64,000 bases of DNA from the human T2T-CHM13v2.0 reference genome, Homo sapiens. This document shows, one piece after another, positions 47,201 through 60,429 of this stretch; within the stretch, counting starts at the first letter, position 1; every line of letters begins with the position of its first letter. The stretch lies in the NCBI RefSeq assembly GCF_009914755.1, contig NC_060937.1; one strand, 5' to 3'. The translations under genes were made by a program, and so were the position numbers. The notes under the pieces were generated by a model, which did not search any database, was not told the DNA's origin, and saw nothing but the letters and a program-made list of their open reading frames with translations.

Positions 47201-50200
47201 TTCCGATTGCATTTATTTGAGTCTTCTTTCATTTTAAGTCTAGCTAAAGATTTGTCAATTTGGTTCATCTTTTCAAAAAACAGCTTTTAATTTTTCTAAT
47301 CTTTCATATTGTTTTTCTAGTCTATATTTCACTTGTCTCTGGTGGATCTTTAGTATTTTCTTCATTCTGCTAACGTTGAACTTAATTTGTTCTTCTTTTT
47401 CTAGTTCCTTGAAGAGTAAGATTTTGTATATTTGAGATCTTTCTACTTTTTTGATGTAGGCATTTATTGCCATAAACTTTTCTCTTAGAACTGCTTTTGC
47501 TGTATCCCGTAAGTTTTGGTATATTGTGTTTCCATTTTTGTTTGTCAAGATATTTTTTAAAGTTTCCTTTTAATTTCTTCATTGACCCTTTTGTCATTCA
47601 TAAACATGTTTTATTTCCATATATTTGTGTATTATCTGAAATTATTCCTATTGTTGATTTCTAGCTTCATACTATTGTGGTCAGAAGAGATACTTGATAT
47701 GATTTCAATCTTATTAAATTTGCTAAGGCTTGTTTTGTGCTCTTATATGTGATTTGGCCTGAGAATTTTTGTTTGCATATGAGAAGAATCCATTGGCATT
47801 GGATAAAATGCTTTGTATATGTATGTTAGGTCCACTTGGTCTAAAGTTTTTCATTCCATGTTTACTTATTAATTTTCTGTGTAAGTTATATGTCCATTGT
47901 TAAAAATGGGATATTGAAGTCTCCTACTGTCATTGTATTACAGTCTATCTCTCCTTTCAGATTTTTAAATATGTGTTTTATATATTTAGGTGCTCTTACA
48001 TGGTGTATATCTACATTTTAATTGTTATATCCTCTTGATAAATTGGCCACTTTCTCATTATATAATGTACTTCTTTTTGCAGTTTTGGACTAAAGTTTAT
48101 TTTGTCTTATATAAGTATAGCTATTCCTGCTCTCTTTTAGTTTCTATTTGCATAAAACATGTTTTCCCATCCCATCAAGGTTAGTCTGTTTGTCCTTAAA
48201 ATGAAGAGAGTCTCTTGCAGACAGCATATAGCTAGTTCTTGTTTTTTATTCAGTCAATATATTTTTAATTGAATAATTTAATTCATTTACATTCAAGGTA
48301 ATTGTTACAGATGAAGACTTACCATTGCCGTTTTGTTACTGTTTTCTGGTTGTGTTATAGATATGTTGTTTCTTTCTTTTTTGATGTCTTCCTTGGTGGT
48401 TTGATGATTTTACATAGTGGTATGCTTTGAATCTTTTTCTTTCTGTTTTGTGCTTCCACTTAATAAGTTTTAGTGTTTTTGCTTTAAGGTTACCATGAGG
48501 CTTACACAGAACAACTTTTAGGTGTCACAACCTATTTCAAGCTGATAACGACTTAAGTTTGATTCCATACAATGACTCTACACTTTTATTCCCCTCTTCC
48601 CATATTTTATGTTTTGATGTCAGAATTTACATTATTTTGTATTGTGTATTCCTTGACAATTTATTTTAGCTATAGTTTTTATTAATATTTTTGTCTTTTA
48701 CCTCTTCTATGAGGGATAAAATTGTTTTACACACCATAGCAATTCCTATAAGGCAGGTCTAGTGGTGATGAACTTCCTTAACTGTCTGGGAGATTTTTAA
48801 TTTCTCTTACATTTCTGAAAGCTAACTTTGACTAGTAATGTATGTTTTTCTGGCAGTTTTTTTTTGCCCATCAGCACTTTAAATTTATCATCTCACTCTT
48901 TCCTGATCTGCAGGGTTTCTGCTGAGAAATATCCTGATAGTTGTATGGGCACTTCTTTATTTGTGATGTGTTTATCTTTTGCTGCTCTCAGAATTTTCAT
49001 CTTTGTCTTTGTGATAGTTTGATTATTATATTTTGGTGAACTCCTCTTTGGATTGAATTTGATTGAAGACCTCTGAGCTTCCTGTACCTGAATGTTGCCA
49101 TCTATCCCCAGATTAGGAAAGTCTTCAGCCATTATTTCTTTAAATATGCTTTCTGGTCTCTTTTTCTCTTTCTTTTACTTCAGCAACTCCTATTATGCTA
49201 ATGTTTGGTCTCTTGATATGTCCAATAATTCTTGCAGGGTTTCTTCATTCTTTTCATTCTTTTGTCTTTTTGTTCCTCTGACTGGATAATTTCAAATGTT
49301 CTGTCTTCTAGTTCACTGATTCTTTTCTTCTGCTTAATTAAATCTGCTGTTGAAGCTTGCTATTACATTTTTTAGTTCAGTCGTAATTGTACTCTTCATC
49401 TTTATGATTTCTTCTTAGTTCTTTTTTATTGTTTATATTTATTTGTCTAACATCACTGTTTTCTAAATTTTATAATTTTCTATCTTGTATATTCTTTTAT
49501 ATTCTTGTAGTTTACTGAACTTCATTAAGAGGATTATTCTGAATTCTTTGTCAATGACTTCATAGATCTTCTTATTTAGAGTCCATTACTGGAGCTTTAT
49601 TAATTTCTTTGGAAGGTGTTATGATTCTCTAATTCTTTGTAATCCTGTATCCTTCTGTTGTCTATGCACTTGAAGAGATAGTTTACTCTTCTGGCCTTTA
49701 CATGTGTTCTTTTGCAGGGATAGACCTTTACTATATAGTTTTACCTGAGATTCTGGAAAGGCCACCTGCCGATAACCCTGGGCATGCGGAGATTATTGTG
49801 AGTTCTTTAGGTGTCTGGGCTGCTGCCTTTGCTCTGATGTTGGGTGGGGCCTCAGGCTAGGCTCTGATTTCCAGCGAGATCATTTGCTGGGCTCTGCTAT
49901 CAGGCAAAGTCACTGACTGTATACTGTGATGGTATCTGGTCAGGCTGGTCACAGAATTTGTTCCCTGGCAACCAAATTCTGCTATTTGGTATCTGCAGTT
50001 GCACGAGGCTTACAGGCTTTGTTCTGGGGTTAGTGGGAGTCACCACTTGGGATGGAAAGGACAAGAGTCTATGCTCTTTAGAAATATGCAATGGAGGATT
50101 GCCTCCCTGTCAGGGTGGAGCTGTGGGGTGGACTTTTGGCTGAGTCAAGCAGCCAAAAATTTGAATAAATATAGCAGCTCTAGCCCCTACACTTATTGAA

Positions 50201-51199
50201 AATGCAGAGAGGTAGGAGCCTCCCTGCTTAGGTAGGGTCATTGGGTGGGCTTTTTGGCCGAGTTTGACTTTTCAGATCAAGGAGGTCTAGCACTTATGCT
50301 TTTCTGAAATTCACAGAGGTGGAAGTCTCACTGCCTAGGCTGGGTTGTTGAGGTAAGCCCTGAGGCTGTGCATAGAGGCTAGCTGTCTAGGTACTTAAGC
50401 TAGGTTGAACTTCTCACTGTTCTGAAGGTGACCAGCTCAGCTTTGCATGTGGACCATGACATTGACTGATATCTCTGATATGGCACCAAAGCTGGGAGGA
50501 ACACAGAAGTATCACAGAAGTATCACCAAGATCTGCCTGCTGATTGCTATAACCTCTGCTTCCTTTTTTGTTGTTTCTGCCTTATCTTGGATGGTCTAGA
50601 CTTGTCGATATCTTCAGTGTTCCCAGTAAGGTGAGACTGGGGTGGGTTTTCTGGAAAATGTCTCCAAATGCCAGGGAAGCCGGATGACTGCCTCCAATTC
50701 TTTTTCCCTTATAAAAGTTACGGGCCTAGTTTTTCTATGCAGTGGCTGACAAAGAATTCAGAATAATCCTCTAAACAAAGTTCAGTGAACTATAAGAATG
50801 TACAGATAAAAAAGTATATAAAATGTAGAAAACAATACACAGATAAAATGAGAAGTGTGATAAAGATATAGATAATAGATAAGTAAATCAAAATTCTAGA
50901 GATAAAGAATAAAATGAGTAAACTGAAAATTTTAATAGAAAGCTTCAACAGCAGAAATCTCCATTGGGCATTGTGCCAACTTGGGTGAAGAGGAGACACA
51001 GTCAAGTCAAAGTGAGACTATTTTTCTTATCTTTCTAATTTTGAATTTTATTCAGTTCTGTGGACCACTTTAGTGACTCAGGCTTGTTTTCAAATGCTGA
51101 GGTTTTTAAAAAGATGTTCTGGGCTGTGGATAATAGCTAGTTGAACTTTCTGTGGAGGGAAGTGGAGCTTGAGACTTTCTATGCTGCCATCTTGTTGAC
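44273..51199 (-). mobile_element. Near-full-length ancient L1MA (L1MA5-7-like)
   Basis: L1MA 3'UTR, ORF2 relics (47273-47548), ORF1 relic (48893-49132) and 5' terminus gctgccatcttg. TSD ctaagcag(t/c)tt(a/t)ct at 44259-44272 and 51200-51213. Confidence 0.88.
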
Positions 51200-51413
51200 C
51201 TAAGCAGCTTTCTCAATCTGTTTCCTGCTTATTGAATCAAAGGGACATTTCCGTTTTCAAATAGTCGCAGTCTGCCCTAGTCTCTTTTGATATTACAACT
51301 CTGAATAACTGAGTCCATTTTTTTAAACAATTAGAATTATAAAATTAATATTTATCTATAGTCATACCCACAATTCTTTCTGAAAAATTCTGGCCTCTCT
51401 TAGTTATGGCTGC

Positions 51414-52616
51414 AGTATTTGTTTTCTATTACTATGCTATAATAAATCACCACAAGCATAGTATTAAAAAATTCTTAACAATAGTTAATAATGGTTTTAA
51501 AACAATACAAATTTATTATTGTACAGTTCTGGAGGTTATAGTGATTAGTTTGCAGATCTTGGTGATAATTCTGTGCTCCTGCCAGCTTTGGTGCCATATT
51601 GGAAATATCAGTTAATGTCATGGCCTACCTGAAAAGCTGAGCTGGTCACCTTCAGAATAGTGAGAAGGTCAACCTAGCCTAAGTCCCTAGAAGTCCAAAA
51701 TGCATCTCATAGGCTAAAACTCAAGGTGTTGGTGTTGGCAAGGCTGTGTTCCTTTTGAGGCTCTAGGGGAAAATCTGTTTTTTTCTTTTTTCCAGATTTT
51801 AAAGGATCATTTTTTTCCTTGGCTCATGGCCCAATCCATCTTCAAAGCCAGAAATCACATCACTCTAACCTCTACTTCCCTCATCACATTTCCTTCTCTG
51901 ACTCTTCTCCTGCCTCCCTTTTTCACTTATAAGAACTTTGTCATTATATTGGGCCCACTCAGATAATTCAGGGTAATCTCCCCAGCTCAAAATTCTTAAC
52001 TTACTAACATTGTCATGTAAGGTGTTAACAAGAGATCATGAGATCTATAGGGAAAAAAGAAAATCTTTATTTTTTTTATAGAAAACAATCTGCAGACTGG
52101 GAGCTTGCAGCCTCTGGTGTGCACTCTGAAGAACAAAGGGATGTTCTGGCTTGAATAAGAAAAGTTCTTACCTAGGTTCTCAATCAGCTTTGTTTATGCA
52201 AATGAAGAATTCAGCTTCTTCTGTTCTCATTGGTTGAAATAGTCAAGCTCTGATTGGGTGATTTCCAAGCCCAAAGCCAGAAGTCTCTGTCATATATTTC
52301 TTTCAAATGACTGGTGGGGATTATTGGTCACAGTTTATCTTGGCTCTGGTTATAGGAACTGTTCTGGTTTAGGAGTATAAAGTAGGATGTTTGTCAAAAG
52401 CTGCGTTTCCTGAGAACTCAGAGTGTGTGACCACTCTCTCACCATGCTATGGCCATCTGGCTCTGTTTTTAAATTTAGAGGGTCTCTATTATCACAGAAA
52501 TCCCAGAGAGCTTGGAGTCTTATTTTATAATTTAATTTCACAAAGGTAATATATACTCACAGGGATTCGGAAAGACATGGACATATTTGGGTGGGGGCAT
52601 TATTCTGCCTACAACA
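51414..52616 (-). mobile_element. MLT1C/D MaLR LTR, interrupted twice (51533-51691 and 52023-52542)
   Basis: tacagttctggagg / gaagtccaaaat, caaggtgttggcaaggctgtgttcc, ends gggggcattattctgcctacaaca. Confidence 0.85.
52023..52542 (-). mobile_element. ERV1-class solo LTR, 520 bp (family not identified)
   Basis: TG...CA termini and 4-bp TSD aagg (52019-52022, 52543-52546). AATAAA and CCAAT motifs on the minus strand. Confidence 0.8.
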
Positions 52617-53929
52617 GGTACCTTGTATTTGACTGATTTTCATGTCAGAGGCATTTTCCTGAGTCTTTTTTCCTTGAACCATTTTCTAAAACTGAAGAGT
52701 TCTGCTATTTACCATCTTAATTAATTCATGATTTTTCACAAAAAGGTTTCTATTTAGTTATAATTTAACTTTGTCTTTTACCCCAAGTAAGTTTTAGTAA
52801 AATTTCCTCAGATCAGAAAGCATTAACTGTAGAAATATTAAAATATTCCTTTCAGAGCCCCACAGTATGATGCAAGGTGGTGCTGGAGCTGATAGCTAGT
52901 AGAGTAGTACTTGCTATGGTAAGAGCAAAAAAATGGATTCTTGTATAGGAGAAATTCTGTGGTCAAATTAATTTTGAGTGACATTCTTTTAGCCTTTGTG
53001 GAAGAAGGGAGACTGGAGACAGAAGATAAATTTTGAAGCCACGTGGGGGTCTGGGTTTGAGAGATTAGATCTGGGTAACACAAAGGATATAGAAAAAGAA
53101 AGAAAGGAACAAAATGCATTCCCTTTTCTGTTAGAGGGAAATGGTGAGATTGGGGTAAGCACAGTTGGGGAAGCTTCCAGCAGGTTTTCAGGTCACTGGA
53201 GTGGCAGGTGACAGAGTGGACAGGTTATAAATATGTTGGAAAAACATGCTATTTACTGCCCCCATCTATAATAATGTGAATACTTTTGAAGGGTACAGAA
53301 GGAGGGAAATGTGGGAATGAGATGGGCTTGTTCTTAATGGGTTTGAAATTGGGGTAGTGCACATGTCTAGGTAAGATGTGGGTCTAGGTCATGGAGAATG
53401 GGATGAGAAAAATAGCGGTGAAGAAAGAAGGATTTGAGAACTCACAGTAACATCAGACGAGGTAGTGAGGAGGGAAGGATGAAAGTCATATACAATGTTC
53501 TAATTGATCAGTAGGCCTTCTGGGATCATAGAGACTCAAAGCCTGGGAAAGTAAAAGTGAATGCTAGGAGGTTGGGAAGAGATGTAAAAGAGAGAAAAAA
53601 AATGATGACACATGAAGGTTTATGAAAGTGATTTGTCATTCAATAATATATGTACTCTTGTCATTAGATATTTTTCTCCAACACTGTTTTGAATAATGCT
53701 TTTTGACTTTGATAATGTAATTTTTGCAGACAGTCCCTCTTCTCCTTAGTGGAATAGAGTGGGAGAAATAAAAGAAACACATAGTGTACATTCATGCAAT
53801 TTTATTCTGGGTCATTGCATCCCAGGCCTTTAGGTCACTGTGTTTGGCTCATCCTTCATATCTTTTAAAATGTTCCCACAGAAAGATTAGGGAATTGTCA
53901 GGATTCTTCCGTTTTGGAGAGGTCTTTAA

Positions 53930-54100
53930 CATTTATAAATAATTATCTAAGGACATTGTCCATTCTATTATCATATCAGTCCTGTGAGATAGATATTATT
54001 ATTCACATTTTGCAAATGAAAAATTTGAGGCTTGGAGTAGTTGATAACTTACCTAAGGATGCACAGTGCATAGTTAGTAAAGCCAAAAATGAAATTGATG
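53930..54100 (-). mobile_element. MIR
   Basis: cctgtgagatagatattattattcacattttgcaaatgaaaaatttgaggctt...taacttacctaagg. Confidence 0.7.
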
Positions 54101-55439
54101 TTCTCTTTCATAAAATGCCATTCTTGTTCTTTACTCCCTAAATAACTAAAGTAAAGAACTTTACTCCCTAAAGAACTAATTTATTATTAAAATATTCAGA
54201 ATCTCATCTATAGATTTGGAAGGATTGCAAATATCAAGGATCCAATAACTAACATATTAACAGATCATTAAAGCAGCTGGTAGAAATGGAGAGAAAACAA
54301 TTGTAGAAGCCAAATTTGGAGGTCAAGAATGTGACCAAGTTTCTATATGGCACATTTTCCTGATAATTGACTGTTGTTCTTACCATATTGCCCTAAAATG
54401 CTTCCTGTGACTGATAATTGACATGGTGGCATGTGAGGGGCTTAGAGAAAATGTCACACTGTTCCAGGGCTTAATCTTGCTACTGGGCCTTCCTATAGTA
54501 TCCCATTCTCCACACTTGTAGGAATAAACAACAACCATACAGGTTATCCTGGGAGTTGCCTAGGAATGTTGAGAAAATACAGAAATAAAATCTATTAAAA
54601 CCATAAGGAACTTTGGACCTGGAAAATGATGTCTTGATTTTGTGCATTGGCATCATGGCAAAATTAAACTTAGCATCATGTAGCCAAAGGAAATATTAAT
54701 GAGAAGTCGTTACCTAATAATACTTGCAAAGTCTTGATAGGTATTGAAGGGGGAATGGAGGGGGGAGCATGGTCCTTGTCCAGGGCATAATAGCAATAAA
54801 AGGGCTAGCAAAGCATGCTTTTAGAGAATATTTTGTATTAGCATGAGGTTAATTACCTCTTTCAGGACATTGACAGAAAGAACATTAATAAGAACAGAGA
54901 AGCAGAGAAGCCTTGGAAATCATGCTTTTATCTGAATGGAGGAAGAAATAAAAGGAGAGGTAAAATGAAATCTTGCCACACTGCATGCTCCCTCTTCTCT
55001 TTGTTCCTGTCCATTTCTAATATTAAAATAAGAACCTTTCTTAACTAAGTATGCTTCAATCACATTGCAGAATCTTTTCATGTTTATCCTGAATCTGAAG
55101 ACGTGGGAGAATTAGAAATGATTCACTAAAAACTGGATCCAGTCCAGCACACCCAAAGCAGAGTGTTTTAGAGTCTTTCCAGATTGAGAGTGGATAGAGT
55201 GTAGCCATTTATTACTTTTTATTATGGAAGGCAGTAATCTGTAAGGTCCATCCTGACTAAAATAGGTTCTTTTTCTCCCTTTAAATAGAATGCCAAATAG
55301 AATTGGCAGTGCTTCCTTGAAAATTAATTCAAATGTACGTAACTATTTTAAGGGCTATATTGATATTACATATACTTTCTGAACAGGATAGCTAGACCAC
55401 ATAATAATGTTGCAGTATTTATAAAAGTACTTTAGTATA

Positions 55440-55680
55440 ATAGCGTATGTTTATGGAACACTACTTTTAGTCAGGCACTGTTCTAAGCCTTAATACGTAT
55501 TAACTCATTTAATCCTCGTAACAACCCTTTGTTGTTATTATCATTCCTCTTGTATAAAAGATAAAACTAAGCACAGAGAAGTTAAGGTTGCCCCAAATTA
55601 CACAGCAATTATGTACTAGAGGCCAGGATTTAGCACGAGCAGTTTGATTCCAGAACCCAGTCTCTTCCATGCCCTTCTGC
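55440..55680 (-). mobile_element. MIR
   Basis: caggcactgttctaagc...taactcatttaatcctc...aactaagcacagagaagttaag. Confidence 0.8.
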
Positions 55681-56235
55681 TGCTCTGGACACACATTACC
55701 TGTATCTAACTTATAACATTCCTTCTTCTATTGTAATAGATTTCTTGATCAATGGATTTCCCATTTATAGTCGGTAATTGTGATTGCAGTACTGCTTATT
55801 CTATTCTTTTTCCTGCCTGGGGGATAAATTCATTTCAAATTATAACATAATAAAATGTACATATAGTAAATATGGCTGGAATATACCAGGAAACAAGCAG
55901 TTTTGCCATCAATTATGTAAGGCTTCAAATGCAACACACATAATTGCTTTATTTCTCAATCTTGTAACTATTAGCTTCCAGACTATGCTGTCAATCTTCT
56001 CACTGAGACAATATTATCTTTCAGATGCTCAAATGTGATGTTTAGACATTGCAGCTCTGCTTCTAGTGAAGTCATTGAAATACATGTTTGTGGATGTATA
56101 TAGAATACATTTCTGCTAGCTTTCTTGGGCAGATTACTTGGACAGTCTAGCTGAGCAAGAAAATCTTGAGCTCAGGAATCAGTTTCCATCCCAGTTACAG
56201 CACTTACTAGCAATCTTTGGCAATTATTTAGTTTC

Positions 56236-58514
56236 TGTATTAGTCTGCTTTCATGCTGCTGATAAAGACATACCTGAGACTGGGTAGCTTATAAAGAAAA
56301 AGAGGTTTAATGGACTCACGGTTCCATGTGGCTGGGGAGGCCTCCCAATCATGGCAGAAGGTGAACGGGATGTCTTACATGGCAGCAGACAAGACAGAAT
56401 GAGAACCAAGTGAACGGATAAACCCCTTATAAAATCATCAGATCTCCTGAGACTTATTTGCTAACATGAAAACAGTATGGGCGAAACCACCCCATGATTC
56501 AATTGTCTTCCACAGGGTCCCTCCCACAACACATGGGAATTATGGGAACTACAAGATAATATTTAGGTGAGGACACAGGCAAACCATATCATTCCACCCT
56601 GACCCCTCCCAAATCTCATGTCTTCACATTTCAAAAGCAATCATGCCTTCCTGACAGTCTCTAAAAGTCTTAACTCATTTTAGCATTAACTCAAAAGTCC
56701 ATAGTCCAAAGTATCATCTGAGACAAGGCAAGTCCCTTCTGCCTATAAGTCTGTAAAATCAAAAGTTAGTTACTTCCTAGATACAATGAGGGTATAGGGA
56801 TTGGGTGAATACAGCCATTCCAAATGGGAGAAATTGGACAAAACAAAGGGGCCACAGGCCCCACGCCAGTCCGAAATCCAGTGGAGCAGTCAAATCTTAA
56901 AGTTCCAAAATGATTTCTTTTGACTCCATGTCTCACATCCAGGTCACACAGATGGAAGAGGTGGGTTCCCATGATCTTGGGCAGCTCTGCATCTGTGGCT
57001 TTGCCAGGTACCGCCTCCCTCTGGTTTGCATTCATGGGCTGGCATTGAGTGTCTGTGGCTTTTCCAGTTGCAAGGTGCAAGATGTTGTCGGATCTTCCAT
57101 TCTAGGGTCTGGAGGATAGTGGCCTTCTCCTCATAGCTCCACTAGGCAATGTCCCAGTAAGGACTCTGTGTGGGGGCTTCAACCCCACATTTCCTTTCCA
57201 CACTGCCCTAGCAGAGGTTCTCCATGAGGGCCCTGCCCCTGCAGCTAACTTTTGCTTAGACATCCAGGCATTTCCATACATCATCTGAAATCTAGGTAGA
57301 GGTTCCCAATCCTCAATTCTTGACATCTGTGAACTCGCAGGCTCAAAGCCACGTGGAAGCTGCCAAGGCTTGAGGCTAGCACCCTCTGAAGCAACAGTCT
57401 GAGCTGTACCTTGGCACCTTTTAGCCATGGCTACCACAGCTGGGATACAGGGCGCTAAGTCCCTAGGCTGCACACAGCAGGGGGCCCTGGGCCCAGCCCA
57501 CAAAACCATTTTTTCCTCCTAGGCCTCTGGGCCTGTAATGGGACAAGCTGCCTTAAAGATCTCTGACATACCCTGAAGACATTTTCCCCATTGTCTTAGT
57601 GATTTACATTTGGCTCCTTGTTACTTATGTAAATTTCTGCAGCTGGCTTCAATTTCTCCTCCGAAAATGAATTTTTCTTTTCTATTGCATCATCAGGCTA
57701 CAAATTGTCCAAACTTTTATGCTCTGTTTCCCTTTTAAAAATGAATGCTTTTAACACACCCAAGTCACCTCTTGTATGCTTCACTGGTTAGAAATTTCTT
57801 CCACCAGATACCCTAAATCATCTCCCTCAAGTTCAAAGTTTCTCAAATCTCTAGGGCAGGGGCAAAAATGCTGCCAGTCTCTTTGCATAGCAAGAATGAC
57901 CTTTACTCCTGTTCCCTAAAAGCTCCTCATCTCCATCTGAGATCACCTGTGCTTGGATTTCATTGTCCATGTCACTATCAGCATTTTGGTCAAAGCCATT
58001 CACAAGTCTCTAGGAAGTTCCAAACTTTCCTACATTTTCCTGTCTTCCTCTGACTCCTCCAAACTGTTCCAACTTCTGCCTGTTACCCAGTTCCAAAGTT
58101 GGCTTTCAAATTTTCAGGTGTCTTTACAGCAGCACCCCACTCTCCATACCAATTTACTGTATTAGTCTGTTTTCATGCTGCTGATAAAGACGTACCTGAG
58201 ACTGGGTAATTTATAAAGAAAAAGAGGTTTAATGGACTCACAGTTCCATGTGGCTGGGGAGGCCTCACAATCATGGAGGAAGGTGAAAGGCACATCTTAC
58301 ATGGCTGCAGGAAGAATGAGAACCAAGCAAAAGGGGTTTCCCCTTATAAAACCATCGGATCTCATGAGACTTATTTATTACCATGAGAATGGTATGGGAG
58401 AAACTGCCCCCGTAGTTCAATTATCTCCCACTAGGTCCCTCCCACAACACATGGGAATTATGGGAGCTACAATTCAAGATGAGATTTGGGTGGGGCCACA
58501 GCCAAACCATATCG
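56236..58514 (-). mobile_element. Complete THE1 (THE1B-like) MaLR: LTR 56236-56591, internal 56592-58157, LTR 58158-58514
   Basis: Two direct LTRs (tgtattagtctg...aaaccatatc) and 5-bp TSD gttt(c/t). Internal ORF relics at 56766-57509. Splits a MIR. Confidence 0.95.
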
Positions 58515-58924
58515 GTTTTATTATATTGTTGTTTGCCCATCTGTAAAATGGAGAAATTTCTATTCTCCTCACAGAGCGTTGTGAGGATTAAGTTAGATAA
58601 AACATGAATGCCTACCTCATAGTGGCTGCTTATTAAAAAAGGAGAAACAACAATAAACAGAACAACATTATTATTATTTATAGGATAGATTCTGCAAGTG
58701 GGCATGCTGCTCTAATTGCTGTTGCATGTATTTGTGGATAGTAGTCAAATGATATGGTTGAAGAACCTTTACTTTGTATAAAAACAAACCAATTGGTTAA
58801 AAGAACATTAATTTTTTTTAAACTTCTCCTAATCTCTCTATGCATAGATTCTTTCTGTGTTCCCATACATGATCCATACATTCTTTTAGTATAAAACATA
58901 TGACTCTATTTTGTATTTAATTTC

Positions 58925-59062
58925 TTCAAATGTAAATCTACCAGATATGACTGCAAACTCTTTGAGATAAAGAAGCAAGACTAATCAGTCTTCATAGCTA
59001 CAGCATGACACACTGCTACAGAGTAGGTGCTTATTAAATGATTGTATAATAAATAAATGAAT
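58925..59062 (+). mobile_element. L2 3' end
   Basis: gactgcaaactctttgag...cagagtaggtgcttattaaatgattg...aatgaat. Confidence 0.6.
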
Positions 59063-60429
59063 ACACTAATTTTAAGTACTCAATGTAGGCATTATTTGAA
59101 ACACAGCATTATACTGGAAAACTATGAATATAGTTCAGAGATTGCATGTTTGATTAATCAAGTGAGAAATACTTTGGATGTTCTCATTAAAAAAATTCTT
59201 TGGGAAAGCTAGGTTCTGCAGGGGCATTCATGCTAAAATAACATGGCTGTTATTTTTGGTAATAAATAAATTTGTTTCCTATGGAATCATGTTAACAGAG
59301 CAAATGAGTCAACTGAAAAAAGCAATGTATGATTTCCATGGAGTAAGCTAAAGAAAAGTTTCTGGAGGGAAAAAAAGCACATTGTTCCATTATTTAAATT
59401 TTGTTGCCATTATAATTTTTTCAATAGTTGATCAGTGATAATCCTATTTGTAGTATAGATTATCGATGATTAAAATGCTTGGCAACCAAGTTTTAAACTA
59501 ACAGGTAAAGATTATAGGCTTTATCTGACATAAATAAGGCTATAATGGAGGAAGATACCATAACATTTCTATAATTCCCATCTGACTTGCCTGTGATGAC
59601 ACTACAGTGTGTGATTGCCCATGTGTATTTTTGCTACCCTAAAATTACGGGTTATGAGGAGGGGGAAATAGTTTTTAGTATCATTATCCTTTTCAAGAGC
59701 CAGCTCTCAATTAGTGAGATGGGATCCATTATTTTTCCCTGCTTTTCTCCAGTGGCCCATTACCTTTGCTCTACTTGAACTGAAGAGAACATTCAGGGAT
59801 TTGTGGCAGTCTACTGAAAGTTTTATAACTGGAATTGACTTTTCAGGATTGGGCAGCAACACCCAGGATATTAAACTGACACTTCTGAATTTCCCAGGGC
59901 AGCTAGCACACATCTGGTATTCATTTCTGTAGTTTATAGAATGGTGATTTTCTAAGTCACAGGGGTCTGCAGAAAGTTGTTGCTGACAGGATTTTTGAAA
60001 AGATGATGAAAGGTGTGACATATATGCTACAGGATTGTCCCAGATCTTTGGTAATTTGGCCATCAGGCTATTGGAAGATTCGTCACCATCACTGTCAGTC
60101 TGGTTTTCAATCTTTATGCAGTGATGTTGAACAATTCAAACAGGAGAGACAAGGATGATCAAAGAAATGACAGAAAATGGAGATGGTGTGTCTTCAGGCA
60201 TGATCTAGAAGGGATCGTTTGGAAGGAATCAGAGCAGGGCAGGGATGTATTGTGGTCCAAATATCTGTTTCCATTGGGTACACACTTTTACATTGGTAAG
60301 ATTCTGAAAACAAGGCTACTTTCTCAGACTAGAACGCAAAAGGCTTTTAAAGCTAAATTGAAAACTTGTGCAGTTAGAATGGAAAATAGTAGAAAATATT
60401 ACTATTACCATACTCATCAGAAGGGAAGC

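Noticed and set aside
54129-54178. Short duplication of ctttactccctaaa(t/g)aactaa
   Set aside because: Ordinary small slippage duplication with no further structure.
56766-57509. 104-aa and 135-aa ORFs as a host gene
   Set aside because: They lie in THE1 internal sequence and are relics of the MaLR ORF.
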